From Octopus sinensis (lineage: Eukaryota), in NCBI RefSeq assembly GCF_006345805.1, contig NC_043004.1:67022001-67086000 (forward strand): a DNA stretch of 64,000 nucleotides, in the 5' to 3' direction. The translations under genes and the position numbers were made by a program. This document shows, piece by piece, positions 1 through 15,382 of this stretch; the first letter of the stretch is position 1; every line of letters begins with the position of its first letter. Below the pieces are notes generated by a model. It searched no databases. It was not told the origin of the DNA and was given only the letters and a program-made list of their open reading frames with translations.

Positions 1-710
<710 letters not shown>

Positions 711-1363
711 GAGAGATAAACAAAAAATGTGAGGCATCCCAAAAGGCAATTTGTGTCAATATGTCCTTTTAACCCTCTAACTTATATTATTTCAAAAAGA
801 ATTATCTATTTGTTCGTTTGTCATGTTTGAATAATACATTACAATTACTCCGTTTTCGAAACAATCGACGTTATATATTTGGTTGCGTATGGCAGACCAA
901 TAACTTTTCATTTCTACTTCATTTTTGCCTCGTTCTATGTTAATGTTTTCCCTTATTTAATATTGTTGTTGCATATTTTTGTTCTCTATGTTAGTGCCCT
1001 CTCTCGCTCCCTGCTTCTTTCTCTGTCTCTTCATATATTTACCCACATATATATGTACATACATACATAATATATCCATATATCTACGTGTGTGTATATT
1101 GTATATGCGAATATGTGAATATATGATTATATATTTGTGTGTGTCTGTGCATGTGAGTAAGCTTGAGTTTGCGCACTCGGGATGCTGTATCTAAGTATAT
1201 TTGTGTGTACGTATGGAATAATTTTCCTCTTGTTTTACCTTTTTTCGCCCTCTTATTTTCAATCAAGAAATGGAAATTTCATGTAAGTGGATGTTATTTT
1301 GGGTCGAAGTCAACAAAACAGTTAATTTCCTATCTTCATTCCCCAATATACATACATATATAT

Positions 1364-1464
<101 letters not shown>

Positions 1465-3353
1465 TCATACATACACACATACATGCATAAATACAAAGAC
1501 ACATACATCTGAATGCCCACACACGTATGAGTACATATATGTATGTATATGTATGTATGCAGGCATAGATATATATATGCATACCTGTATACATGCATAC
1601 ATACCCACATAAAGACACATAAACATACATACAATCATACATATGTATGCATGCATGCAAGTGTATTTGCTCATTGCACCCATATTGCAACCTAATTTAT
1701 TCTAGTATAATTCTCATAAATATATCACTTTTTGCCCTCTTCTCTTGTGTGTGGAAATCTATATATATATGTATGTATGTGTGTATGTATGTATGTATGT
1801 ATGTATATATATGTATGTATGTATGTTGCGTGCTTTTGGTTTTACATATTGTCATTACTCGAATTTGTAAGTATGTGTGGCTGTGTATGTGTGTGTGTGT
1901 TAAGGTATGAGGAAATGGAACGCAAGAACTGCAGTTACTATATTCTTTGTGTTAACATTTTTTTTCAAGATCAACAATAGACATTAGTAGTAAAGGGCAC
2001 ACCTAAATGCACACATTATACAGAAAGGTATTTTTTGTATGAACACACACACACACACACACAAAAGATGTAAATATATATATAAAGAGAGAGAGATGTG
2101 TTATAGATAGATAGAATGAGAGAGAGTTAAAAAGATACAGTATTTGCCAAGTAACTGCGTCGCGTCGTGATTACAATTGATGTCAACCTTTTGTGCTATC
2201 TATAAAATTCTTAAATCATTCGTACCATGTGAATACACACACACACACACACACATATATATGAGAGAGAGACAGAGAGAGACAGAGAGAGAAAGACGCA
2301 TATATATATATACATACATTTATAAGCATTCATGCATGCATACAGATACCCAACAAGAAAAGTTGGAGTGTGGTTATAGGTAGCTAATTACACCAAATTG
2401 GAACATTTCAATAGGAAATTGGATTTGCTTATTCTCAATATAAGTAATCCTATTGCTTGGAGATATCCAGTTGCTGACACATTCGTCTTTCTTATCAGAC
2501 ATCAATTCATTTGAGCACGAGATTATATGTTATGTCGTCCCTTTTCGTGAAACGAAATACTATTTAATGATGATAGATTAACAAAATTGTTAGATATTTA
2601 CACAAAATGATTTGCAGCATCTCAATCAAGTCTTGAGATTCTAGGTGATTAGTGCTAACTATGTAGAACTGAAAATATAGCGGCCCGGTAACTCTAGTCA
2701 AAGTTTATACAGTCCGATCAATATTATATATATTTTATTATATATAAACCGTTTGTCACTGGAGTCATTTGTGGCAATTTTGGCACTGAAATTAAGGAAA
2801 CTATCTCATTGTAGGGGATATTCTTTTTTAGAATACGAAATTCATGTTTTTAAGCATGATGTTATTGCAATTTTATGATTTCATGCTTTCATTTCAGCGA
2901 AGATTATGTAATATGACATTTACGTGGTTATTACCTTATGAATTCTCTTTAACAGAATATATTTCTAAACACACGAAATTATTCTAATGATATATAACTT
3001 AGAATAACTTAGAAAGGTTTTGGCCAGTATTGGCCCAGGCCACACCGAAGATATAATTGTACTGATGAAATTTATCCGGGACAACCGCATATCAGAGTGT
3101 GCAAATAGCAAGCGTAGACTAAACTAGAATGCCTGTATTATATTGGACCCGACAAAGTGCAAAGGTATCAGACAGATGCGAAATTTAGTGTACTACTCAA
3201 GTACAAATACGTCATTGCTGCAGGTTCGTCGTTCTTAGAATTCCGCTCAACCACCGCACTATTTTCTTAATATTAATAAGCCCCGAAGGAAGGGTCAGCG
3301 CAACGGGGAATTCGACAGAAATATTACGATGTACTTTATTCTACACTCTAAAC

Positions 3354-3685
3354 CAGGGTGGCTAACATGAGGCCCGCAGGACACATGCGGCCCACAAACT
3401 TTTATCTTGCAGTCTGTTTGATACTTTCTTTAAGTATTGTGTTTAATTTCGAGATATAGCTGATTGTGTAAACATTTGTTTCAAAAGAAATTTAAAATTA
3501 ATAAGCGGCAATAAAGCAATGGCCTACAATTTTATCATTTTAAACAAAGGAAAAGTATGAAAAATTCTTGATTTTGTAATGAGATTGTTTGACTAATAGT
3601 GCATAAAGTATACAAGCATCCGTCAAAAACATTTCTGTGTTTGAAGTGGCCCGCAATGTATGATAAGTCGAGTTGGCCAGGCATG
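3354..3685. mobile_element. Non-autonomous hAT-type MITE
   Basis: Perfect 8-bp TSD CTCTAAAC at 3346-3353 and 3686-3693; imperfect TIRs CAGGGTGGCTAAC / GTTGGCCAGGCATG; subterminal GGCCC motifs at both ends. Confidence 0.8.
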
Positions 3686-3709
3686 CTCTAAACTATCTCT
3701 CTTTCTTGA

Positions 3710-4498
3710 CCACGGACCTACAATCCCAGAGACAAAAGCAGTGAATGATTTCGGGATCAGTATGTGCAATGACGCATCATTTTATATGCAAATTACTAAG
3801 ATGGCAGCAAAGTGGAGACAACTGGTAATATGGATACTGCTGTCGTTCAAGTCAAGAGACCGAGAAACTATGTTGAACCTGTGTGGAACTTTTGTTCACA
3901 GCCGTCTAGACTAATGCTCCCCGTTATGTTAACCGCATTGTGTCAAACTAACAGCGGAGCTTGAAGCAGTCCAACGCCACTATACAAAAAAGGTTGAAAC
4001 AGTGTAGCGGATGAGCTACAGGGATAGGTTGAGAAAATTGCAACTTTACTCCCGGAACCACAGGCGTGAGAGATATGCAATAAATTACATATAGAAAGCT
4101 CTAGAAGAGCTAGTACCTAATTTCGGCATTGAGTGTTATACAGAAATGGCAGTCATTGTATTGTACGAACGATACTATCCACTCCATCTAAATTCAGAAG
4201 CAATTACTCCAATAGTCAAAGGTTCAAAGGCCCGACGCTCTTCAATGCCCTGCCACAAAAATTAAGAAATCTGGATAAGACGGAAGTAGATGTCGTCATA
4301 AAGGAATTGATATCCTCCTCTCCACAATATCGAATGAACCAACAGCCCGACATGATGTGAAACCGAGAGCAGCGGAATCGAACTTTCTTATACACCAAAA
4401 TGGGTCAACAGCTGGGACAAAGGCACACACAGGAGTGGTGAGATGAAACGGCCGCATGACCACAGCCGCATGGCTGAAAAGGGTAGGGGAGTAAAAAA

Positions 4499-4500
<2 letters not shown>
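3710..4500 (+). mobile_element. Decayed 3' end of CR1-group LINE (post-RT region and 3' UTR)
   Basis: Peptide NDFGISMCND...WILLSFKSRDRETML...FVHSRLD aligns with RDLGVIVDDD...WILRTFRSREQGVII...FVRPHLE in the RT ORF at 32456-33637. GPTLFNALP follows. Stops and frameshifts present. Confidence 0.8.
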
Positions 4501-4543
<43 letters not shown>

Positions 4544-4616
4544 TACATACATACAAACATACATACATACATGCATACATACATATATATATATATATAT
4601 ATAATATATATATATA

Positions 4617-4845
4617 ATTATAATTATAATTAAGGGGACCTAAGAGATACCGCCATGCTAGAAATAGCAGCCAAAACATGACTCTAAAACCACATTAAAT
4701 GTTCATACAGCACCATGGCAGAAGATAAAGAGACAAAATAAGCTAGCCCAAAAATTACTGGATAATTCCAGATCCCGGTTTTCTGGCTCTTGGAAAGAAA
4801 TATTCTGCCTTCATCAGTGGAATATACGCAGATATCTCATAAATA
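4617..4845 (-). mobile_element. Short PLE/retrozyme-like fragment between (TA)n tracts
   Basis: Contains HHR 4765-4823 and the subterminal motif at 4659-4675. Boundaries approximate. Confidence 0.65.
4765..4823 (-). ncRNA. Type I hammerhead ribozyme (variant junction)
   Basis: Minus strand reads AUUCCA CUGAUGA A GGC..GCC A GAAA ACCGGGA UC UGGAAU. Perfect 6-bp stem I, both core motifs present, imperfect stem III. Confidence 0.7.
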
Positions 4846-4920
4846 CAAATATATATATATACAACATACGAATACTTTCATATACGAACGTATACATATA
4901 CATGCACGTATGCTCACGAT

Positions 4921-4979
<59 letters not shown>

Positions 4980-5033
4980 ACATACGAATACTTACATATA
5001 CGAACGTATACTTATATATGCACGTATGCATAA

Positions 5034-5263
5034 GGCGGCGAGCTGGCAGACACGTTAGCGCGCCGGGCGAAGTGCTTAGCGGTATTTCGTCTGTCGTTAC
5101 GTTCTGAGTTGAAATTCCGCCGAGGTCAACTTTGCCTTTCATCCTTTCGGGGTCGATAAATAAAGTACCAATTTCGCACTGGGCTCGATATAATCGACTC
5201 AATCCCTTCGTCTGTCTTTGTTTGTCCCCTCTATGTTTAGCCCCTTCTGGGCAGTAAAGAAAT
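5034..5263 (+). mobile_element. tRNA-derived SINE, family A (central domain resembling Meta/MESC)
   Basis: tRNA-like head, B-box-like GAGTTGAAATTCC, central TTTGCCTTTCATCCTTTCGGGGTCGATAAA..AGTACCA. Homologous copies elsewhere in the window. Confidence 0.75.
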
Positions 5264-5290
5264 ATATATATGCACGTATGCACACGACCA

Positions 5291-5321
<31 letters not shown>

Positions 5322-6497
5322 ACTTGTTTCAATCATTAGACTGTGGTTATATGTATAGATATATATGTATACACACACTGACATGCACACGTGTGTTTCT
5401 GTGTGTGAGTACGTGCGCGTGTGTTTGTCCTATTAACATGAAAATAAACTCAAAACACATGCCTTGAGTAGACTTGTATCTCCAATTAATGTCATGGATT
5501 TTGTTTCAACACCGATTGAACTTCGATCGTATGACTCCCATTTTGAGCGCTGGCATTCAGGGCTCAGAAATATATTCGTAAATTCCCCGAGATTATCCCT
5601 TGTTAGTTGAGTCTCGTTTGGTTCACTCATTCATCTTGAGATACAAGCATCACTGCTAAGTCACGGATGCATACTGTTTCCCAGACCATTTGTTTTTATT
5701 CTTCTATTTCTTTAAAACTTGTACTCGTGTGCAAATACATACTCACGAAATGGCTAACGAAATAAGTCTGTTTTTATTGCGTCTTAATTTCTGAACGTAC
5801 ATGAAATATATTTATCGTTTTCTCTTGAGAGGTTTTCTCGTAATATGTTCCGCAGATTTGGCTGTCTTAATTGGCATGAGAGAAAATTTATTCAGCTTCA
5901 GTTATCTCGTAAGTACAGGGTTACAATAGTTTTACATTGTCTTCTCCTTAATTATCTCCAGTCGCAAATAAATGATATTCAGCTTTAATAATTTGTCCCG
6001 CTAAACTTATTTTCTTATATCAGATGAGTCTAAAAATGTTTGTTAAAGTAAAGGTCACGCAAACAAAAGCGTTATGCAAGCAGAAGGGAACATTTACCTT
6101 CGTGTAATCGTCATTGCGGCTCTTTGTTACTATTGTCAAAATTATATAAGAAGATTTTTTTAAATAATTGCTCAGTTAACATTTTATTGTGTTATTCTTG
6201 TTCATTCAGTTGTGTGTTTGGATTATTTTCTTTTTAGTTTACAGTATTGTGTAGTAATGTGGTATACATACATTTGAGAACTCTCTATAAGTCAAAATGC
6301 GAAAATATATATAAAAAAAAAAAGATTTGTAATCCAGACCATTTTCGTAGTAGAATTCCAGGGTATTAAAAATATGTTTTTATTTAAAACGTTACAATAG
6401 TTTTCTGTTATAAGTATTCTAAAGAAAATTTAATTTGTTATTTCTTGAATAAAATGTTTTGGACTGAGAGACAATCAATCTTTGTAACTTATTATTC

Positions 6498-6530
<33 letters not shown>

Positions 6531-6537
6531 TAATAAT

Positions 6538-6590
<53 letters not shown>

Positions 6591-6591
6591 A

Positions 6592-6793
6592 AAGCAAGAT
6601 TAGTAAATATAAGGACTTGCGAATGGAAATTGAAAAAAATGTGGCATCTCAAGGCGACTACAGTACCAGTGATTGTGGGATCTCTAGGAATGGTAAAAAA
6701 AGGTACTGAAACCTATTTGGAAATGATAGGAAGTGCAAAAAAATCGTGTTGACTGGAACGGCTCCTGTACTGAGAAGAGCATTATCGCTGTGA
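6592..6793 (+). mobile_element. R4/Dong-clade non-LTR retrotransposon C-terminal fragment
   Basis: Translates with frameshifts to KISKYKDLRMEIEK.MWHLKATTVPVIVGSLGMVKK...VLTGTAPVLRRALSL*. Lies between TAA tracts. Confidence 0.7.
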
Positions 6794-6976
6794 AAATAAC
6801 ATCCATTCATGAATTTATTTATTAATTAATTTTTAAGTACATTTTTTGCCTGTGAATTTGCGTGTGTAATCTGGGAATGCATACAATGAGCTTCTTTGCC
6901 CTATGTGTACGGAAAACACTGTGCGAGAAACGGAAAAAAATTTGAAGAAAGAAGGAAAAATAATAATAGTAATAAT

Positions 6977-7065
<89 letters not shown>

Positions 7066-7120
7066 AATAATAATAATAATATAATATAATAATAATAATA
7101 ATATATAATAATAATAATAA

Positions 7121-7497
7121 AAATGGTTTCTAATTGATGTATCAATACCGGCAGATGACAACGTGTCTCTAAAAGAAATGGGAGAAACTCTCAAAATACA
7201 AAGACCTGGAAATAGAGGTAACTAGAATGTGGAATCTGAAAACAGAAATAATTCCTATCATAGTAGGTGCATTAGGCATGATAAAAAAATATTCAGATAA
7301 ATAGATAACAAAAACACCAGGACTTACAAACACATATAACATACAGAAAATTGCACTACTAGGCACTGCACACATCCTACGCAGAACACTTTCCATACAA
7401 TAACCATCAGAGCATCACAACAAATCACAGCACATACCCAAGGCACACAGAGCTACGCTCGGTAGTGAAGTGAAAGCACGATATAAAAATAAAACTA

Positions 7498-7500
<3 letters not shown>
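7121..7500 (+). mobile_element. R4/Dong-clade non-LTR retrotransposon 3' end (restriction-like endonuclease and 3' UTR)
   Basis: FLIDVSIPADDNVSLKEM / EKLSKYKDLEIEVTRMWNLKTEIIPIIVGALGMIKK...IQKIALLGTAHILRRTLSIQ*, stop at 7401-7403. Flanked directly by (TAA)n on both sides. Confidence 0.8.
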
Positions 7501-7576
<76 letters not shown>

Positions 7577-7626
7577 GTGACGACGACGGCAACAACAGCA
7601 ACAGCAACAGCAACAATAATAATACA

Positions 7627-7742
7627 TTTCAAATTTTGGCACAAGGCCAGGAAGTTGAAAAATTCAGTGCTCATTTTATTGATCCCGAAATAATGAAAGA
7701 TAAACTGGGTAAATCGGGCAACAATGGTATTCGAACTCAGAA
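7627..7742 (-). mobile_element. SINE family A, decayed fragment
   Basis: TTTCAAATTTTGGCAC..GATCCCGAAA..ATGAAAG..TTCGAACTCAGAA matches the reverse complement of 5034-5263 and the copy at 59337-59538. Confidence 0.55.
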
Positions 7743-8015
7743 TTTACAGACGATCTCAATGCTGCCCAGCACAAAAGCAGACAATAGAATGTGTGACATC
7801 GTCATCACGTGTAATTACATGAAGCACGTCAGACTTAATAGCATTATACATTTTCTATTACATTTTTAACTTTTGGGTATATATATATATGTACACATTA
7901 ATCAATATAAGGGTAGCAAAAAATTCAAGAAAAATTTATCGCCACCAGCGGTCTAGTGAGAAAGAAAAAATAGTCACAGACTATATATATATAATTTCAA
8001 CAATATATGTATGCA

Positions 8016-8102
<87 letters not shown>

Positions 8103-8800
8103 TACACACACACAGACATACATAAATACATACATACATACATACATGCATAAATACATACATACATACATGCATACATACATACATACATGCATACATA
8201 CATACATGCATACATACATACATACATACATACATACATACCTGTACGTATGCATATACATATATATATATACATACATACATACATACATACATACATA
8301 CGAGGAGTGAAGAAATATCAAATAGGCATTTCGATTCCATTACTTGATTGATAATTATTTCGCCAACCTCCGCCAGGATTAAATCTGAAGCCGACCGAAA
8401 CCGTGTTTGAAGTCAAAACGTTAAGCGCAATAACGAAACATCGGAATGCCTTTTGTACATTTTAACGATTCTTCAAACCCTCTGCAATAACATCTGCCAT
8501 TACGAATGGTCTTCATTTTTTTGTATTTCTTTTGCCTCCTCGTATCCTCCTGCTTTTCCTCTCCCGCTCATTTTTCCTGCGAATACTACTACTAATATAG
8601 CTTTAAAACTGATATGAGGATAACAATAATGTTTTGTCGGATCATATGTCCTTTCTCCTTGTGTCTATTCTACAAACTTCATTTGAGCAACTGAACAGAA
8701 ACGAAAATATATCAGAAACAAAATGAAATACAACATAAAAATAACACCTATTCTCCATTATGTTTCGATAAGAATGTCACACAAAAAACAGTGCATAATA

Positions 8801-10220
<1,420 letters not shown>

Positions 10221-11492
10221 TTCATATGTACGAATAAAGAAGAACAAATAACGACCGGCACATGTTTCAAATATGTTTTTTCCGTGATCTGATAATAGGG
10301 CAGCATGCATTTCTAACGTATACATCAGCTTAAGGGAAATTACCCCAGTAAAATTCCTTAGAACATTATTGCTATCACAGTAATAGACGTGAAGAACCTG
10401 GGTGTAATTATATTAGTTGTAGCCAACATTTACAACTTTATATCCATTGATTCTTTGATCATAAATTCTACTGCCTGATTTTGAGTTTTCAACGTTACAT
10501 ACATTAGTCTACTTCGTTCGGGCACCCCAAAATTGTTATCATTGATCTCGCTGTAATTTTCGTCTTATGGATATCCATAAATAAAATCAAGAGGTTATGA
10601 AAGATTACTTCAAAAGTAAGGAAATGTATAAATTAAAACTCTATCAAATGAATGAACATGAACAGAACAAGTATGCATATCTTACTCTTATACATAGACT
10701 TATAAACAAATATACGTTTATTCATAAATGGAAACAGAAAGACATCGGCACAGATGCATACGCAAACACTCAATCATACCAGACGTAATGATACATTGCT
10801 CTCCCCTCCAAAACCACTCACGCACACACACAGACACACAGATTCATACACACAAACATACGTGCAATGGAAAATATCATATATCTCTAATATATATACC
10901 AACACATTCAATCACTCATTCATATTAAGTGAGAAATGCACAGACAAAATATTATCAGAAACATCAGTGAATAAATGTGAACACGTAAGTATTAGGAGAA
11001 TATACTTTCATATATGCGTGTGTGTGTGTGTGTGTGAGTGTGTAAAGTGTGAAAATATGTATTAGTATATAACTAGATATATATTGTCATATAAATATAC
11101 ATATATGTATGTATACATACACACAAACACACACACATACGTATATATGTGTCACGAGCTGGTGATTAACACACGCCGAGGAAGGGTAGCCACCCAGAAA
11201 CTCGAGTCCGTGTGTATCAGGTGTGTATGACGCAATTACTAAACGGTACACAGAATGTGTCGTTAGCCACCAGAAAGAAAGGTCTTCCTGGGTTATAAAC
11301 GCCAGTAGCACTCTCCTGTATTTGGCATTTATATAGCCGCAGGAGTAGCTGTGTGGTAATAGCTTGCATACGAAACACATGATTACGGCTTCAGTCCCAC
11401 TGTGTGGTACCATGAGCAGCCTTTTAGTATAGCATCGGTCCGACCAAAGCCTGGTAGACGGAACTTGAAAGAGGGCCGTCGTATATATATAT

Positions 11493-11535
<43 letters not shown>

Positions 11536-11541
11536 TATATA

Positions 11542-12110
11542 TGAAAGAGGCAGGCAACATTCTACAAATGAGACTCCACATTCGACATATCCCTGTAATA
11601 CACATATGCAGAACAGAAGGAAGAAATAACGAAAACAAAGTCTAACGGTCATTTACGAACGCGTTTCTAGATTAGAATTATAATAAAATATATAGTTCAT
11701 GTCTTTCATCAGCGTAAACCTCCACTAGAATAGATTTATCAAATGCTACGTACCTCCACTTCCCCACCAGGCGCCTGGTCGGGAAGTGGAGGTATGAACC
11801 ATGGTTTACGCAAACTATTCATCGCTTGAAAAACACCGGCTAATACACGGTGTCAGGTCTAATAGTTCTTGAGAAAATAATCCAGAACTAGTTACCTCCC
11901 TTACAAATAATCTTTTTTCTCAGGAACTATTAGACCTGACACCGTGTATTAGCTGGTGTTTTTCAAGCGATGAATAGTTTTGCGTAAACCATGGTTCGCT
12001 TTGTTCTCTTACTTCATTATCATCTTATAATCATCTCATAATAATGACTTTTATGACTCTTATTACTGCCTCAGTCAATCTAAATGTATATATTTGTCGT
12101 TACCAGTCAT
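11542..12110 (-). mobile_element. PLE-like insertion with HHR and two fold-back structures
   Basis: HHR 11652-11718, 44-bp palindrome 11751-11794, inverted repeat 11796-11997. Sits between (TA)n tracts inside the SINE. Boundaries approximate. Confidence 0.6.
11652..11718 (-). ncRNA. Type I hammerhead ribozyme (variant junction)
   Basis: Minus strand reads UUUACG CUGAUGA A AGA..UCU A GAAA CGCG UU CGUAAA. Perfect 6-bp stem I, palindromic stem III ACGCGU, GUU cleavage triplet. Confidence 0.8.
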
Positions 12111-12165
12111 AAATAGCCTTTTTTTTATTTGCAATGTGCATTTTCATATATATATATGTATACAT

Positions 12166-12250
<85 letters not shown>

Positions 12251-12459
12251 ATATGTATGCGTGTGTGTCTGTGTTTGTCCGCCCCCATCGCTTGGCAACC
12301 GATGTTGGTATGTTTACGTCCCCGTAACTTAGTGGTTCTGCAAATCAGACCAATATAATAAGTACTAGGCTTACAAAGAACAATTCCTAGGGTCGATTCG
12401 TTCGACTAAAGGTGGTGCGCCAGCATGACTGAAACAAATAAAAGTATAAAAGAACATAT

Positions 12460-15152
12460 ATATATATATATATAATGCAGTTTGTCTGTCTGTGTGTCTG
12501 TCCGGTTGTACCCTCACCCTGTCTACGGCTTTCAACCGATTCTGATGAAACTGGACACACACATAGCCCAATGTCATAATTCAAAACTAACGCAGCGAAA
12601 ATATTGAAAAGTTCCCCCAGTTCTGAAAAGAAATTGATAAATTCGACATGGGGTCGAGAATCTAAGCTTATCATATGCAACACATTTTCTGTTGTAGTTT
12701 TCGCAACTTGCAATCGATTTTCACCAAACTCATGGTGAAGCTTAATGTTACCCTAAGAAACTCAATTCTGTCGTTACTTTTCCATGCAATACCTTACCAT
12801 CAGAAAAAATCGATAAAATCATGCCACTTTGGGAAATCGCGTTCAAATTGAAGATGACATATTTTCGACAATATCTTTAACAAATTGGCAGGAATTTTTT
12901 TTTTAATTCACAGCGAGCATCATGTCTGCTCCAAGAAGCTATATGGCTCTTTTTATTCCAATAGGATACTTTATTACTGGAAAAAATCGGTTAATTAAAT
13001 CATATGTAGCATACATAGCAAACCGATTTGTGTATTAAACACAAACCACAGACTGTCTAGGGGACGTAACTCGACCTTCTTTAACTCCCTTACTCCCCCA
13101 AATAACAGTCAAACAGCTATCGATAATTCAACCCACAGGAGGAAATCTAGACTTAATCTTGAAGGTATCCCACATACAAACCAAAGATTCCATCGAAACC
13201 TCCAGACTAACCTAAGTTTTGGTGAACCAATTCCTACCAGGAAGAACTTACCTTCGTGACTTTACCTCCAACACCGCCACTTCAAGCAGACAACGAAACA
13301 AAACATGACCAGACAACATAACCTTGGCTTACTTCTGCTAATCGCTGTTGCAGCCGCAAGTTATTAGAATCCTTTTTTCGTTTAAACTTTCTTTATAACT
13401 ACCGCCCCAAACGTTTTACCTTAAATTTTTGACGTACCCTAAGGGTCCTCGGACGCTACTTGCAAACTCGGTTTATTATAAGCCGCCTTTGTCGTGTGCA
13501 CCAAAAAACCTTTTCCATTCGTTTGTTCAGTTTGGTCCTTTTCGCTTTTTCGTTGTTGTCACTCACATTGCTGCCCGCTTTTTTTCTGCAACATCGCCGA
13601 GAACTCAGAACAGGCCAACATTCTGCGCAGATGCAAACTCATCGTATGGGACGTGTACACTATGGCACACAAAGGCGCCTTTGAGGCACTGGACAGGTCC
13701 CTGCAAGACATCAGAGATTCTACGGCCCCCATGGGAGGATTGACTTTACTTCTTTCAGGAGACTTCAGGCAGATTCTACCTGTTTTCCTAAAGGAACCCG
13801 TGCCGATGCCGTGCGTGCGTGCTTTGAGTCGTCAACTCATTGGGCACATGTGCGGCCCTTGCAACTCCAAACTAACATGCGCGCGCAGTTGATTGTTGAC
13901 AGCGGATCCGCTGCATTCTCTAGGGACCTTTTGTCGCTCGGTGAAAATAGGATGCCAGCTGATGCGGACGGCTGCGTTCAATTGGACTCACTGCACCCTG
14001 CTAGCCTCCGGGACGCTGTTTTCCACGACCTACAAAACAATTTACGTGACCTAAAATGGCTGGCAGGCAGAGGTATTCTCGCACCCAAAAATACAACCGT
14101 CAACTCCATCAATATCCAGCTACTTGAAGCTTTTCCTGGTGATGTCCACGTCTACAAATCTATAGAAAGGAGAGCAGACCCCACCGAGCTTGCCGATTAT
14201 CCTGTTGAATTTCTGAATTCACTTGAATTGCCAGTCCTGCCGCCACACATCCGGAAGTTAAAAGTCGGTGCGTCCATTATGCTCATCAGGAATTTGGTTC
14301 CACCTAAAGAGTGCAACGGCACACGTCTGGTTGTGAAACATTTGGCACCACATTCAATAACGGCCACAATACTTACCGGTTGTGGGAAGGGAGAGGACGT
14401 CTTCATTCCACGCATGCACCTTCAACCATCGGGCGCTGACCTACCAATCCACTTCAGGCGTTCTCAGTTTCCTGTTAAACTCTGCTTTGCAATTACCATC
14501 AATAAATCCCAAGGCCAAACGCGAAGTCGCTGGGTTACATTTGGGCGAACAGTGCTTCGCTCACGGTCAACTCTACGTGGGCTGTTCACGCGTTGGGAGG
14601 CGCAATGATGTTTTCATGTTTTCGCCCAAAGGGACAGATAGGAACGTCGTATACACAGAAGTATTGGGGCGAAGAGAAGACATTGCAACCTACACATGCG
14701 CCTTCGTTCCCTAGAGGGAAAGGACTAGATCGGGATTAGTCGTTGCTTACTAGAGGCTCCCGAGCCCCCTTTCGCTAGTCTTAAGTTAGGATTAGGTAGG
14801 GGTTAGCTGTGGTCCGAACCCAACTTGGGTTCGAGGCGGGCGGTGTCAAAAGGGCCGACATGTGCAACCTTATCACCTCTGCCGGTCAAACTCCCAACAC
14901 ATGCGTTACCGTCGCGACATTGATCCCGCAGAACTGGGTAGGGTGTGCTAAACAAAACCAGAAAATGCACTTTGACTGTCATAGATTTTCTTCATGCATG
15001 CAAGGGAACGGTGCCTTGAATGCCTTAATGCCTTTTAGGCTTCATTTTACAAAATAACTGTTCAATGAGTACAAAAAAGGGTAAAAAGGTAAAGGGCATT
15101 GCTTATCGACAAAGTTTCTTACATACCCGGGCAACGCCGGGCTATGCTGCTA

Positions 15153-15153
<1 letters not shown>
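12460..15153 (+). mobile_element. Internally deleted Helitron
   Basis: 3' hairpin CCCGG-GCAACG-CCGGG (15126-15141) followed by terminal CTAG|T (15150-15153). 5' end merges into (TA)n and resembles the 5' end of the Helitron at 23738-24374. Contains a helicase remnant. Confidence 0.85.
13588..14714 (+). pseudogene. Helitron RepHel PIF1-family helicase, C-terminal part with two frameshifts
   Basis: Motifs LIVWDV, GDFRQILPV, NMRAQL, ILAPKN, LKVGASIMLIRNL..CNGTRL, QFPVKLCFAITINKSQGQT, F.HGQLYV..SRV and NVVYTEVL span three frames. Walker A and the Rep domain are absent. Confidence 0.92.
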
Positions 15154-15218
<65 letters not shown>

Positions 15219-15382
15219 ATAGTTATCGCCATACTAATATGGCATTCTTATAAAAATAAGAATAAAGCTGTCCGCTTATTAGCTCCATGAGGCCATCGCC
15301 TTAAGTTAGCTATTTGATACACAAACTGTATCCATATAACCTTCGAACAAGGGAGGTCAGTCGCTCCACACTACTTGACCGG

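Larger units (their letters stand above)
11336..12452 (+). mobile_element. tRNA-derived SINE family B, split by an insertion in its internal (TA)n
   Basis: 5' half 11336-11481 and 3' half about 12258-12452 are collinear with the uninterrupted copy at 27868-28260. Confidence 0.8.

Noticed and set aside
11149-11326. Solo LTR (TGTCACG...CA)
   Set aside because: No TSD, PBS, PPT or second copy found.
13588-14714. Host PIF1 gene
   Set aside because: Intronless, frameshifted and enclosed by Helitron termini.
14785-14806. Telomere-like GTTAGGATTAGGTAGGGGTTAG
   Set aside because: Only about four degenerate units inside a Helitron.
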